From NCBI GenBank assembly GCA_023436115.1, contig JAEZKQ010000026.1:129023-193022 (forward strand): a stretch of DNA of 64,000 bases. Direction: 5' to 3'. The notes under the pieces were generated by a model that saw nothing but the letters and a program-made list of their open reading frames with translations, was not told the DNA's origin and searched no databases. The number at the start of each line of letters is the position of its first letter. Position 1 is the stretch's first letter. This DNA comes from Bacillota bacterium. Its GTDB lineage: Bacteria > Bacillota > Clostridia > Christensenellales > SZUA-584. The translations under genes and the position numbers were made by a program. Below, one piece after another: positions 24,549-34,540 of the stretch.

Positions 24549-25733
24549 TTATTTATCTTGGAGTGCTTCAACACCCGGAAGCGCCTTACCTTCAAGGAAT
24601 TCAAGGCTCGCACCGCCGCCGGTGGAGATGTGCGTCATGGCATCCGCATAGCCGAAAATCTTCACCGCAGCCGCACTGTCACCGCCACCGATAATAGTGA
24701 CCGCATCAGATTCCGCCATAGCCTTGGCAACCGCTTTTGTACCTTCCGCGAACGGCTCCATTTCAAACACGCCCATCGGCCCGTTCCAAACAATTGTGCG
24801 CGCTGTGCGGATCTTGTCCGCATAAAGCATTTTTGTAGCAGGCCCGATATCCAGCCCCATCCAGCCTTCCGACATATGTTCAGCAGGAACCACCTGAGTC
24901 TTGGCATTCACATCAAACTTGTCGGCTTCAATAGCATCAACAGGCAGGAAGATATCCACACCTTTTTCTTCAGCCTTTTTAAGGAGGTTAAGCGCAAGGT
25001 CTATGCTCTCATTATCAACGAGCGAAGAACCCACCTCAAAGCCTTTGGCCTTTAAGAACGTATAAGCCATGCCGCCGCCGATAATAATGGAATCCACTTT
25101 GTTGATCAAGTTATCAATGACACCGATCTTATCAGCAACTTTTGCGCCGCCGAGTATCGCCACAAAGGGACGTACAGGTTTTTCCAACGCGCTGCCCAGA
25201 AAATCGAGTTCTTTCCCGATAAGGAAGCCGGCCACCGCAGGAATATAGTCGGCAACACCCGCTGTGGACGCATGCGCTCTGTGGCATGTGCCGAAAGCGT
25301 CGCTGACGAAAATATCAGCATAAGATGCCAGCGCCTTTGCAAACTCCGGATCGTTCTTTGTCTCTTCCTTATGAAAACGCACGTTTTCAAGAAGAACGAT
25401 TTCACCCTCCTTAACAGCTTCTACAGCCGCCTTGGCTTCCGGCCCAATCACATCTGCAGCGAATGTGACTTTACGATTCAGAAGCTTTTCCAGCCTTTCG
25501 GCTACGGGAGCGAGAGAAAACTCAGGTTTAAATTCACCTTTGGGACGTCCCAGATGGGAACAAAGAATGATTTTAGCGTTCTGACTGATGAGATATTCAA
25601 TGGTAGGTAACGCAGCGGCGATTCTTGTTTCGTCTGTCACTTCTTTTTTGTCGTTAAGCGGCACATTGAAATCGACTCTGACCAGTACCTTTTTTCCACG
25701 GACATCAATGTCCTTTACTGTCTTCTTATTCAT
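24549..25733 (-). CDS. pgk: Phosphoglycerate kinase
   Basis: [26 protein letters not shown]... begins at ATG 25733, preceded by AAGGAG. The longer track ORF (to 25844) adds a non-conserved hydrophobic extension. Confidence 0.92.
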   Translation of the reverse strand: MNKKTVKDIDVRGKKVLVRVDFNVPLNDKKEVTDETRIAAALPTIEYLISQNAKIILCSHLGRPKGEFKPEFSLAPVAERLEKLLNRKVTFAADVIGPEAKAAVEAVKEGEIVLLENVRFHKEETKNDPEFAKALASYADIFVSDAFGTCHRAHASTAGVADYIPAVAGFLIGKELDFLGSALEKPVRPFVAILGGAKVADKIGVIDNLINKVDSIIIGGGMAYTFLKAKGFEVGSSLVDNESIDLALNLLKKAEEKGVDIFLPVDAIEADKFDVNAKTQVVPAEHMSEGWMGLDIGPATKMLYADKIRTARTIVWNGPMGVFEMEPFAEGTKAVAKAMAESDAVTIIGGGDSAAAVKIFGYADAMTHISTGGGASLEFLEGKALPGVEALQDK

Positions 25734-25875
25734 AAACGGCTCCTTCATGCAAATATGCTGATACTCAAAGAGTATAATTATCTCGCATAATTTTATTCGA
25801 AAAGATGCAAAAAAGCAAGCGAAAATGTACCTGCCTTTAAACATTATGGTATGATCTGCCGATATTATTTCATAT

Positions 25876-26337
25876 TTAGTCCATTTCGGGAAAACCTTTT
25901 TGGCGGAGTGCTTCGTAAACCACGATACTCACCGAATTAGAGAGATTTAAGGATCTTAAGCCCGATTTCATGGGTATGCGTATACTATGCTCAGGATGAG
26001 CAATAATCAGCGGTTCAGGCAGCCCTTTTGTCTCTTTGCCGAAAAGAAGATAACAGCCATCTTCATAGCATACCTCATGGTAAGACCTTTTTGCTTTTGT
26101 TGAACAATAATAGTAGATACCGCTTGTCGATTCAAAAAAAGCCTCAAGACTTTTATGAATTTGAACATTCAGATGCGGCCAGTAATCCAGCCCTGCACGT
26201 TTAAGCTGCTTGTCGGATATATCAAAGCCCAGCGGCTCCACAAGATGAAGCTGTGCCCCCGTCACTGCGCAGGTGCGCGCAATATTTCCCGTATTGGCGG
26301 GTATCTCGGGCTCAACCAGCACGATATTGATACTCAT
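25876..26337 (-). CDS. trmL: SPOUT-family tRNA (cytidine/uridine-2'-O)-methyltransferase TrmL
   Basis: [23 protein letters not shown]... is a typical TrmL N-terminus. The start was trimmed to ATG 26337. Confidence 0.8.
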   Translation of the reverse strand: MSINIVLVEPEIPANTGNIARTCAVTGAQLHLVEPLGFDISDKQLKRAGLDYWPHLNVQIHKSLEAFFESTSGIYYYCSTKAKRSYHEVCYEDGCYLLFGKETKGLPEPLIIAHPEHSIRIPMKSGLRSLNLSNSVSIVVYEALRQKGFPEMD

Positions 26338-26540
26338 TTTTACTCCCAATTCCTTAATATAGGCTTCATTATACATAAAGCAGCCTGCTCTACGCAACAG
26401 TTAAGGACTGACCCAACACATAATTTTTATCGAATTTCAATATACATGCATATTGGCAAACCTTTTCATTTATAATATAATGCTATCGTTAATCGATACG
26501 GCTTTGTTTAAGCCAGCCAAAATAACGGATCGGAGTACTT

Positions 26541-28169
26541 ATGTCTCAAGGACAGAAAAGCTTTGTCAAAGGTGCTGCTATACTTGGATTCTTTGGATTA
26601 ATCGTTAAGCTTATTGGCGCGTTTTTCCGTGTTCCGCTGACAAATATAATCGGCCCTGATGGTATGGCGTATTATCAGGCAGCCTATCCCGTCTATGCCA
26701 CGCTCGTTGTGATATCTACCGCAGGACTCCCTGCTGCCATATCCAAGCTGGTATCAGAGCGCGTGACTCTCGGGGATTACCGCGGTGCGCATAAGGTCTT
26801 CCAAAAAGCATTTAAAATGCTGTTGATATTTGGCGTGGGAACAACCATAATTATGTTCGCACTATCCGGGCTGCTCGCTGATGCTTTTGGTATGCCGGGT
26901 GCTGAAGCCTCGCTTCGCATGATCGCACCGTCACTGTTCTTCGTCTCTGTTCTTTCTGCTTATCGTGGCTATTTCCAAGGTCTTCAGCACATGTTCCCCA
27001 CTGCTGTCACACAGCTAATCGAACAGGTTGTGAAACTGGGTGCAGGTCTTTACCTTGCCTCTGCTATGTTCAAAACAGGCGGTGTTGAAGCTGGTGCTGC
27101 CGGTGCACTGCTCGGTGTATCCATATCAGAGCTTCTCGCCCTTATTGTGATCGTTTTTATTTATAACCGTAAAAAGAACCAGATCAAATCAAAAAGGCGG
27201 CAGACAGCAAGCCTAAGTGTTCAAGCGCACGGTTCATTATCGAGCGAAATATTGCGTATCGCCTTACCCGTTACGTTGGGTGCCTGTATGATGCCTATCG
27301 TGGGCTTTTTGGATACACTGATTGTGACCAATACAATGGCCGGAGTCGATTATTCTGCTTTTAATCCGCTTGATGCAAAGACAAGTTTCGGCTTGCTGAC
27401 AGGAGCCGTCAACACGCTTGTGAATATGCCCGCCGTGCTTTCTGTAGCTCTATGCATGAGCCTTGTGCCCGCCATTGCTGAAGCCCGCGCGAAGAAAGAT
27501 ACGTATTCCGTGAGTGAGCGCTCGGCCGTCGGTTTTAAACTTGCCGCTCTCATCGGTCTGCCCTGTGCTATGGGCATGTATCTGCTGGCTGGGCCCATCA
27601 TTTCATTGCTTTATACGAATCTGACCGCTGATGAACTCGCTGTGGGGACCTACCTGCTGCAAACAATGTCCATCGGTGTGCTTTTTCTGACTATGCTGCA
27701 AACCATGACAGGCATACTCCAAGGCGCGGGACGCGCTATCGTACCTGTTATTAACTTGGGCGTCGGCGCTATTGTCAAGATCATTATCAGCATCTTGCTG
27801 ATACGCGTACCGTCTATCAATATCAACGGCGCTGCCATAGGAACAGCCGCCTGTTATGGTATTGCCGCCATACTGAATCTCATCAGCGTCGTAAGAATTA
27901 CGAAGCCGTCTATCCAGCCCGTCTCCGGCGTTATGATGCCGATTATATCCACTGCCATCATGGGAACCGTTGTTTACTTCATGTATAAAACACTTAATTT
28001 AGAACTTGGGAATACTAAAACCACAATAATCTGCATCGCGGCCGCCGTCCTTGTTTATGTCGTCATGCTCTTCATCACCCGTTCACTTAAGAAAGATGAT
28101 ATGAAGTATATTCCCGGCGGCGGGAAAATCACGCGGGTCATGAACAAATTTGGGTTTTGGGAGGACTAA
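26541..28169 (+). CDS. MOP-superfamily flippase (SpoVB / YabM / MurJ-like polysaccharide or lipid II flippase)
   Basis: 542 aa polytopic membrane protein. Synteny with the following mazG(yabN)-type gene matches the Bacillus yabM-yabN arrangement. Confidence 0.75.
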   Translation: MSQGQKSFVKGAAILGFFGLIVKLIGAFFRVPLTNIIGPDGMAYYQAAYPVYATLVVISTAGLPAAISKLVSERVTLGDYRGAHKVFQKAFKMLLIFGVGTTIIMFALSGLLADAFGMPGAEASLRMIAPSLFFVSVLSAYRGYFQGLQHMFPTAVTQLIEQVVKLGAGLYLASAMFKTGGVEAGAAGALLGVSISELLALIVIVFIYNRKKNQIKSKRRQTASLSVQAHGSLSSEILRIALPVTLGACMMPIVGFLDTLIVTNTMAGVDYSAFNPLDAKTSFGLLTGAVNTLVNMPAVLSVALCMSLVPAIAEARAKKDTYSVSERSAVGFKLAALIGLPCAMGMYLLAGPIISLLYTNLTADELAVGTYLLQTMSIGVLFLTMLQTMTGILQGAGRAIVPVINLGVGAIVKIIISILLIRVPSININGAAIGTAACYGIAAILNLISVVRITKPSIQPVSGVMMPIISTAIMGTVVYFMYKTLNLELGNTKTTIICIAAAVLVYVVMLFITRSLKKDDMKYIPGGGKITRVMNKFGFWED

Positions 28170-28170
28170 C

Positions 28171-29613
28171 ATGCATTTGACCATAGCAAGCATGGATGCC
28201 AACGGTTATATATCTGAAAACGTACTGGGAGCGGCAAAAAATGCCCCCCGTGTTATATTACAGACACAAATTGGACATACTTTAAGTGACGCAAATATAC
28301 CGTTTGAATCGTTGGACAGTCTGTACGATTCTTCGGAAGATTTTGATGATCTGATTGGCGCGGCCTGTCACCGTTTGTTGTCCGGCGATGCGCTGTTTAT
28401 CGTACTCGGCGATTTAAGCAGTAACGCCATCGCGTCAGCAGCCGTCAAACGTATATTGCAAGAAGGCGGCAGCGTCAGCGTGATTCCGGGAGGAAATCCC
28501 GCATTGTGTGCGGCTTTTGCGGCGGGTGTGGCCGACGGTACGCGCGGGGTGATCTCCTTTACCGCATCCTCATTTACACATGTATATGATACGGATGCCG
28601 TACTGGTCATCAGTGAAATCGATTCTCGTTTAAAAGCCTCTGAACTAAAACTCAAGCTCTCCCGCTTTTACGACGATGAACATGACGTATTCCTCGCTGA
28701 TACACGCAGCGTCACAGGGAAAATCATTCCGCTTTACCTTCTTGACGCAGAAGCATCATACGGTTATTATACTAGCATGGTATTACCTTCCTGTTCCATT
28801 GAGCAAAAGCGGCGTTATACATTTGCCGATCTTGTTGCCATCATGGATCGGCTTCGCAGCAGGACAGGCTGTCCGTGGGACAGGGAGCAAACACACGCAA
28901 GCTTAAAGCGTTACCTCGTTGAGGAAAGCTATGAGGTGCTCGAAGCCATCGATGATAACGATATGGATGCGCTTTGCGACGAGCTGGGCGATGTGTTGCT
29001 GCAGGTCGTGTTCCATTCTCGCATCGCAGAGCAACAGGGCGAATTCAACGTTTCGGATGTCACCACAGCAGTATGCTCAAAAATGATATCACGCCACACG
29101 CATATATTCGGCAACGCTGTGGCAAACAATGCTTCAGACGTCATTAACAACTGGGAGCAGATTAAAAAGGGTGAAAAAGGCCAGCAGACACAAACAGAGG
29201 TATTAAAAAGCGTCCCCAAAAGTATGCCCGCGCTCATGCGCAGCGGCAAGGTGCAGCACAAGGCCGCCCATGTCGGCTTTGATTTTACAGATGTGTCTCA
29301 AGCCTTCGATAAACTATATGAAGAAATCAAAGAAGTGCAGCAAAGCAAGAATGCTACAAATCTCGCCGAAGAATGCGGCGATCTGCTCTTCTCCGCCGTT
29401 AATGTCGTACGTCTCTTAGGTATTGAGCCGGAGACTGTGCTGCAAAAGGCGACTGATAAATTCATATCGCGTTTCGCACTTGTGGAGCAGCTCGCCATTA
29501 TGCAACAAGTGGATATGACTAGCTGCGGGATAGAAAAGCTCGATGAGCTGTGGAACCAAGCTAAATTACAGCTTGACACAGAACAAATCAGTTCTGATGC
29601 CGAGTCTGAATAG
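28171..29613 (+). CDS. mazG: MazG nucleotide pyrophosphohydrolase with N-terminal tetrapyrrole-methylase-like domain (YabN-like)
   Basis: The central segment CPWDREQTHASLKRYLVEESYEVLEAI and a second MazG repeat are present. GGGAGGA lies 5 nt upstream of ATG 28171. Confidence 0.85.
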   Translation: MHLTIASMDANGYISENVLGAAKNAPRVILQTQIGHTLSDANIPFESLDSLYDSSEDFDDLIGAACHRLLSGDALFIVLGDLSSNAIASAAVKRILQEGGSVSVIPGGNPALCAAFAAGVADGTRGVISFTASSFTHVYDTDAVLVISEIDSRLKASELKLKLSRFYDDEHDVFLADTRSVTGKIIPLYLLDAEASYGYYTSMVLPSCSIEQKRRYTFADLVAIMDRLRSRTGCPWDREQTHASLKRYLVEESYEVLEAIDDNDMDALCDELGDVLLQVVFHSRIAEQQGEFNVSDVTTAVCSKMISRHTHIFGNAVANNASDVINNWEQIKKGEKGQQTQTEVLKSVPKSMPALMRSGKVQHKAAHVGFDFTDVSQAFDKLYEEIKEVQQSKNATNLAEECGDLLFSAVNVVRLLGIEPETVLQKATDKFISRFALVEQLAIMQQVDMTSCGIEKLDELWNQAKLQLDTEQISSDAESE

Positions 29614-29663
29614 GTGTTTTTTAATAAAATGCCAAACAAACTTAAACCAGGAGGATCAAAAAA

Positions 29664-29939
29664 ATGAACAAATCAGAATTGGTTGAAGCCGTCGCTCAAA
29701 ATGCAAACCTCACAAAAAAAGATACGGATGCCTGTCTGTCTGCGCTTGTCAGCGTCATCAGCAGCACATTGGCCAATGGTGAAAAAGTACAGTGGACAGG
29801 GTTCGGTTCTTTCGAACTCAGACAGAGAGCCGCAAGAAAGGGTGTCAACCCCGCCACAGGCGCTTCTATCGACATCCCTGCTTCCAGCTCACCGGCCTTT
29901 AAACCGGGCAAAGCATTCAAAGATGCGCTGAACAAATAA
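29664..29939 (+). CDS. hup: DNA-binding protein HU
   Basis: MNKSELVEAVA...GFGSFELRQRAARKGVNPATG..I.IPAS..P.FKPGKAFKDA is a canonical HU sequence. Confidence 0.93.
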   Translation: MNKSELVEAVAQNANLTKKDTDACLSALVSVISSTLANGEKVQWTGFGSFELRQRAARKGVNPATGASIDIPASSSPAFKPGKAFKDALNK

Positions 29940-29951
29940 TTACAAAAACGC

Positions 29952-29997
29952 AAGAGCAGAGCGATCTTTAAACCGCCCTGCTCTTTTGCTTTTTTTT
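29952..29997 (+). terminator. Intrinsic terminator after hup
   Basis: AAGAGCAG-loop-CTGCTCTT hairpin followed by a long T-run. Confidence 0.7.
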
Positions 29998-30105
29998 ACA
30001 TTCTAGATGCTAAGGTTAACACTGCGCCTTAAAAGCCCATTAACTCATGCGTATTGAGTTTATGCGAACGGGCGGAAAAATAAATCGAAAGCGGAATACG
30101 AGTTT

Positions 30106-31515
30106 ATGACTTCAGGAAAAAACAAACTACTGACACGCGTTAAAATGGGATACGGACTGGGAACATTGTCTTATGGCATTCCTTTTCAGCTGATATCCGC
30201 ATGCTTTGTATTCTATTCTACGGCCGTCCTTGGCATTTCCGGCACGCTTACTGGCGCTCTGGTGTCCATCAGTACGATCTGGGACGCTGTGACCGATCCG
30301 GTGATGGGCTATATTTCCGACCATACCAGCAACAAGGTGCCCTTCGGACGTCGGCTTTTCTATGTGCTTATCGGTGCTGTCGGTTTGGCATTGTGTACGA
30401 TGCTGATCTGGCAGGTCGATCCGAAGCTGCCCTACTCCTTAAAAGCCGTATATTTGGGGCTGCTGCTGATACTGCTAAAAACTTCCTCCACGATATATGC
30501 CACGCCTTACATGGCGCTTGGCGCTGAGCTTACCAGCGACTATAACGAACGTACAGCCGTACAGTCATACCGTACTGCCTTTTTCTTTGCAGGTTTTATG
30601 TTTCCTACAATCATGGGTATGCTTCTCTTCTTTAAACCGACGCTTGAATACGCAAACGGACAGCTCAACCCTCAAGCCTATGCGTCGCTTGCGCTTGTCA
30701 CTTCAATCATCGTGCTGGTGTGCGCTGTGATTTGCACAGCACTGTCAAGGCATCATATCGCGCCCTATACACCGCCAAAAGCAAAAAGAAACCCGCTCAA
30801 GGGCATTTTTAAGGAATCGGCAGAAGCGCTAAAGTGTGCGGATTTCCGCAATGTCAGCCTCTCTCTGCTTTTTGTAAATGCCGCAATGAGTATTGTCGGT
30901 TCCATTGGCATGCATGTGTTTACATATACGTTTTCTTTCTCAAACCAGCAGATCGCTGTGGTCTTTGGCGCACTTTTTTTAATGGCCATCGTTGCTCAGC
31001 CGGTATGGACGGCAATTGCCAACAAATTCGAAAAGAAAACAGCGATGATAGCGTGCCTGTATATCAACATCGGCGTATCGGTGCTGTTTTCCGTATTGGT
31101 GCTCATAAGCGGCTATATCGCCGAGCATTATTTAATGGTGCTCCCCGCCGCAATGCTGATAGGGTTCTCAATAGGCGGCAGCATTTCACTTCCCTATTCG
31201 ATGATCACCGACACGATCGACAAAGATGCCTATTATTCGGGTACGCGCAAAGAAGGCGTGTTCTACGGCTGTGCTACGTTTTTATTTAAGCTCTCTCAGT
31301 CGCTTGCAGTGATGTTCGTTGGTGTAATGCTCGATGTGATCGGTTTTAATTCAGCGGCTGTGCAATCGCATGATTTATATATCAATATGGGCATGATACT
31401 GCCCGCAGGTTTTCTGGCCTGCTTCATTCCGGCGCTTGTGTTTATGAAAAAATACACGCTGAACCGGGAAACAGTCACCAAGTATCAGGCGAAACTTAAT
31501 ACGGACGGTTCTTAG
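30106..31515 (+). CDS. GPH-family (MelB/GusB-like) glycoside:cation symporter, MFS superfamily
   Basis: Twelve-TM-like profile and the DAVTDPVMGYISD motif characteristic of the glycoside-pentoside-hexuronide family. Confidence 0.75.
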   Translation: MTSGKNKLLTRVKMGYGLGTLSYGIPFQLISACFVFYSTAVLGISGTLTGALVSISTIWDAVTDPVMGYISDHTSNKVPFGRRLFYVLIGAVGLALCTMLIWQVDPKLPYSLKAVYLGLLLILLKTSSTIYATPYMALGAELTSDYNERTAVQSYRTAFFFAGFMFPTIMGMLLFFKPTLEYANGQLNPQAYASLALVTSIIVLVCAVICTALSRHHIAPYTPPKAKRNPLKGIFKESAEALKCADFRNVSLSLLFVNAAMSIVGSIGMHVFTYTFSFSNQQIAVVFGALFLMAIVAQPVWTAIANKFEKKTAMIACLYINIGVSVLFSVLVLISGYIAEHYLMVLPAAMLIGFSIGGSISLPYSMITDTIDKDAYYSGTRKEGVFYGCATFLFKLSQSLAVMFVGVMLDVIGFNSAAVQSHDLYINMGMILPAGFLACFIPALVFMKKYTLNRETVTKYQAKLNTDGS

Positions 31516-32411
31516 ATCAGCCCAAGCTTGAATTTAAGGTAGCCTTCCTGATTATCGCTGTCACTGATGATAACCGTTTGAGCTTTAACAGCTTTCATGA
31601 ATTCGACAAACAGTATCGCTCCAAATACGATCACATCCGCTTTGTTCTCCTCAAGGCCGATCATGCTTTTACGTTGCTCTTTCGTTCGGCTCTTGAGCAT
31701 ATCACACAGTACCTGCGCGCTTTCCAGCGTGATGACATGCCCTTGAATAAGCTTCGCGTCGTAAGACTGAAGCTTAAGTTCCAGCGCAGCTAATGCCGTC
31801 GCTGTTCCGCCAATGCCTGTATACGTAAAGCCTTGCGCCGAGGGAACTCCCTCAAACGTCTTAGCGGCCCATTCATGCGCATTTATAAAAGCCTGAGGGT
31901 CGGCTTCATCGCCGCCGGGAAACATCTGCAGCATACGCACCGTTCCGATTTGAAAACTCTTTTGAAACTGAACATCCTTTAAGCTGCCCAGCATCACCTC
32001 GGTGCTTCCCCCGCCGATGTCAAACATACCGCCATTTTCGTCTATACACCCTGCAAAGCCCAGCAGCGCTTCTCTGTCACCTGATATAATATCCAGACTT
32101 ATACCGCATTCACGTTTTATATATACACAGAATTCCTCACGATTTTGTGCATCACGAACAGCACTTGTACCAAAGCAGAAAAAGTCCTCTTTTTGTACGC
32201 CATGCTGAGTGCTTATCAGTAAGTATTCACAAAGTGCCTTCTTTGTGCGTTCCATCGCTGCAGGAACAATCTGCCGTTTCCCCACCATGCCCTCGCCCAC
32301 GCGAATCAGCCGCAGCGTTTTGTAATCTGCTATGACCCGTTTTCCTTCAATATGCGCGATCATGAGCCGCGCCGAATTTGTCCCTATATCCACAACCGCA
32401 TAATGCTTCAT
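31512..32411 (-). CDS. Ppx/GppA-family phosphatase (exopolyphosphatase-like)
   Basis: Contains AVVDIGTNSARLMI and DIGGGSTE, the ASKHA-fold phosphate motifs. 299 aa. Confidence 0.8.
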   Translation of the reverse strand: MKHYAVVDIGTNSARLMIAHIEGKRVIADYKTLRLIRVGEGMVGKRQIVPAAMERTKKALCEYLLISTQHGVQKEDFFCFGTSAVRDAQNREEFCVYIKRECGISLDIISGDREALLGFAGCIDENGGMFDIGGGSTEVMLGSLKDVQFQKSFQIGTVRMLQMFPGGDEADPQAFINAHEWAAKTFEGVPSAQGFTYTGIGGTATALAALELKLQSYDAKLIQGHVITLESAQVLCDMLKSRTKEQRKSMIGLEENKADVIVFGAILFVEFMKAVKAQTVIISDSDNQEGYLKFKLGLI

Positions 32412-32525
32412 ACTGCGTAGTCCTCTTTAATATAATCGCCACATTATAGCACACAAATCGCTGCCATTCCAGAACGCTCATTTGTTGTTTCATCATGAAC
32501 CTATTCTTTTTTCGCTGCTTAGAAA

Positions 32526-32558
32526 ATAAAAAAGCTGCATGACCAGCAGCCTGCAGCT
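32526..32558 (-). terminator. Intrinsic terminator after divIC-like gene
   Basis: Minus strand: GCTGCA-loop-TGCAGC followed by TTTTTTATTTT. Confidence 0.6.
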
Positions 32559-32567
32559 CAGATTTGT

Positions 32568-32858
32568 TTACTCCTCAGTTTTATCCTCAGGCGTGATGAC
32601 GAGCTCATCCTTATAAGCAAGACCCAACTTTTCACGCGCAGCGTTTTCAACGTATTTTTCAGTATTCATATATTCATTTTTATGTTCCAGCCGTTCAAGC
32701 TCCGTCTGTGCCTCTTCATAGCGCTCATTGAGCGCCTTCTGTTCATCAAGAAGCATCCCGATATTCTCTTGCTGCAAACAGATAGAAATACCCGCATAGA
32801 CCAAAAACAAGGTCAGCAAAAGCAGTTTAAACCTGAATTTGATTTTTCTTTTTTTCAT
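32568..32858 (-). CDS. Septum formation initiator (DivIC/FtsB family)
   Basis: 96 aa with an N-terminal TM helix followed by a coiled coil. It is located after yabP-yabQ, as in Bacillus. Confidence 0.75.
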   Translation of the reverse strand: MKKRKIKFRFKLLLLTLFLVYAGISICLQQENIGMLLDEQKALNERYEEAQTELERLEHKNEYMNTEKYVENAAREKLGLAYKDELVITPEDKTEE

Positions 32859-32987
32859 ATAGTCCTCACAAAATGCGGCGGATGATATTTCATCTCTTCT
32901 TTTAGTATATAAACCATATTTTAATAATGAAACTTATTATATAGATAAATTCGCCATATGAGAATAATATCCTATAGTGCTGTCAAT

Positions 32988-33329
32988 TTATTCGTCTTTT
33001 TTATCTTCTTTGTTTTTTGCCAGCATCTTTTTAAATTTTCTGGCCAAAAAAACGATGAAAGGCGAAATACCCACAATATATAAAACAAATCCCAGCACAA
33101 AACCGATAAACGTATAAAGCCGCAGATCTCCCGCATTGGCGGCATACATCACTGCGGTCACAATAGCGCCCAGAAAAATGATAAACATGGTGTCAAGCAA
33201 TGCCGTTACCCATCTGCCTGTTTTAAACGACTTACGGATGCTTCTGAACACATCATACGCAAATCCTGCAATCATACCACCATATAATGTGATCAGGAAG
33301 ATGTATATTTGAGGCACCGTCGTTTCCAT
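32988..33329 (-). CDS. yabQ: Spore cortex biosynthesis protein YabQ
   Basis: 113 aa membrane protein (LITLYGGMIAGFAYDVFR) located directly after yabP. Confidence 0.7.
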   Translation of the reverse strand: METTVPQIYIFLITLYGGMIAGFAYDVFRSIRKSFKTGRWVTALLDTMFIIFLGAIVTAVMYAANAGDLRLYTFIGFVLGFVLYIVGISPFIVFLARKFKKMLAKNKEDKKDE

Positions 33330-33338
33330 AGCTTACAC

Positions 33339-33638
33339 CTACCTGAACATCTTGGAGAAGACACCGCGTTTGGTGCGTTCTTCCTCGTGGTCCGCATAAT
33401 CAACGCTTTGAATCTTCCCTTCCACCACAAGCTGGCCGTCCTCCAGATTCAGTTTGTTGATATGAAGATCTTCCCCTGTGATTGTGATAAAGCCATGATT
33501 GGTCAGCAGTATCACCTCCACCTCATTAAAGCTGTCAACATCCTCTACGGCTGTGATAATAATTTTTTGCCGCGAGTCGATGACAATCTTATGAGGCGCG
33601 TTATTGACGGGACGTTCCCTTTGCTCTTCGATATACAT
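33339..33638 (-). CDS. yabP: Sporulation protein YabP
   Basis: HKIVIDSRQKIIITAVEDVDSFNEVEVILLTNHGFITITGEDLHINKLNLEDGQLVVEGKI matches the YabP family. ATG 33638 is preceded by AAGGAG. Confidence 0.8.
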   Translation of the reverse strand: MYIEEQRERPVNNAPHKIVIDSRQKIIITAVEDVDSFNEVEVILLTNHGFITITGEDLHINKLNLEDGQLVVEGKIQSVDYADHEEERTKRGVFSKMFR

Positions 33639-33715
33639 GACAAACTCCTTCGTATAGAATACACAATAGAATATATGCGCGTACGAAGTCATGTATACTA
33701 TTCACAAAAAAAGTC

Positions 33716-34537
33716 CTATTTGATGAGCATGGAGGGTTTGAAATGCTTATCGGGGACGCAGTAAGGCTTGCCGTATAGGTCGATATCACGGGTTTTTCTG
33801 TTATATGTAATGGCGCTCGTCGGGCAGAAGGAATAACAACGCAGGCATTGTGTGCAATTTCCCGCAAACTCAGGAATCTCTTTGAGTATGATATTATGCA
33901 TCGGACACAGGCTCACGCAAAGGCCGCAAGCCGTACACCTGTCTTTGTCAACACCAATCCTGTTTTGGGATTTTCGCACAGATAAACGATACATGCCCCG
34001 CTGGATCATGCCAAGCAAAAAACCATAGCGTCCCGTTACGCGTGCCCGGCTTGTCAACAGCCGTTCAACATAGCACGCAACCTGTTGCTCGCATTTCGCC
34101 ATGATCCGCTTAATACTCTCTTCATCGGGTGTACCCAGGAAGTTATGCAACATACTCATGTTAGACGGCATCGTGAAATGCGCCGCCGTATCAACAATAA
34201 GCCCCTTGCTCAGGAAACGCTTGCGCGATATCCATGCGCCGTCGCCTGATGCACCCATTTGAGTGCAGAAGGTGTGGATATGCTTTTTCTTTCCCGATAT
34301 CGGCAAGCTTTCAATGAAACGCTTAAATGGTAAAGGCAAATCAGAACTGTAAACAGGCCAGCCAAACAAAACGAGATCGGCGGTTTTTATCCACCAATCC
34401 GCTTTTTTAGGGCCCAGCGTATCGATCGAAACAACGGACGCATTGATGTTTTTCGCATCAAGCTGCCTTTTGATCCTATCCGCCACCCACCACGTATTTC
34501 CGGTACCGCTGAAATAGAAAACAACTGCCGTATACAT
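33716..34537 (-). CDS. EFR1-family ferredoxin (flavodoxin-like domain plus 2x[4Fe-4S] domain)
   Basis: N-terminal FYFSGTGNT flavodoxin-type loop. C-terminal CTACGLCVSLCP and CTQCLRCYSFCP cluster motifs. Confidence 0.7.
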   Translation of the reverse strand: MYTAVVFYFSGTGNTWWVADRIKRQLDAKNINASVVSIDTLGPKKADWWIKTADLVLFGWPVYSSDLPLPFKRFIESLPISGKKKHIHTFCTQMGASGDGAWISRKRFLSKGLIVDTAAHFTMPSNMSMLHNFLGTPDEESIKRIMAKCEQQVACYVERLLTSRARVTGRYGFLLGMIQRGMYRLSVRKSQNRIGVDKDRCTACGLCVSLCPMHNIILKEIPEFAGNCTQCLRCYSFCPTSAITYNRKTRDIDLYGKPYCVPDKHFKPSMLIK

Positions 34538-34540
34538 AGG

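Noticed and set aside
24549-25844. N-terminal extensions in the ORF track for pgk, and likewise trmL, secA, ilvC, pgm, yabP, glgD and the tail chaperone
   Set aside because: Internal starts with strong RBS reproduce the conserved N-termini. The extensions are non-conserved or overlap upstream genes, so coordinates were trimmed accordingly.
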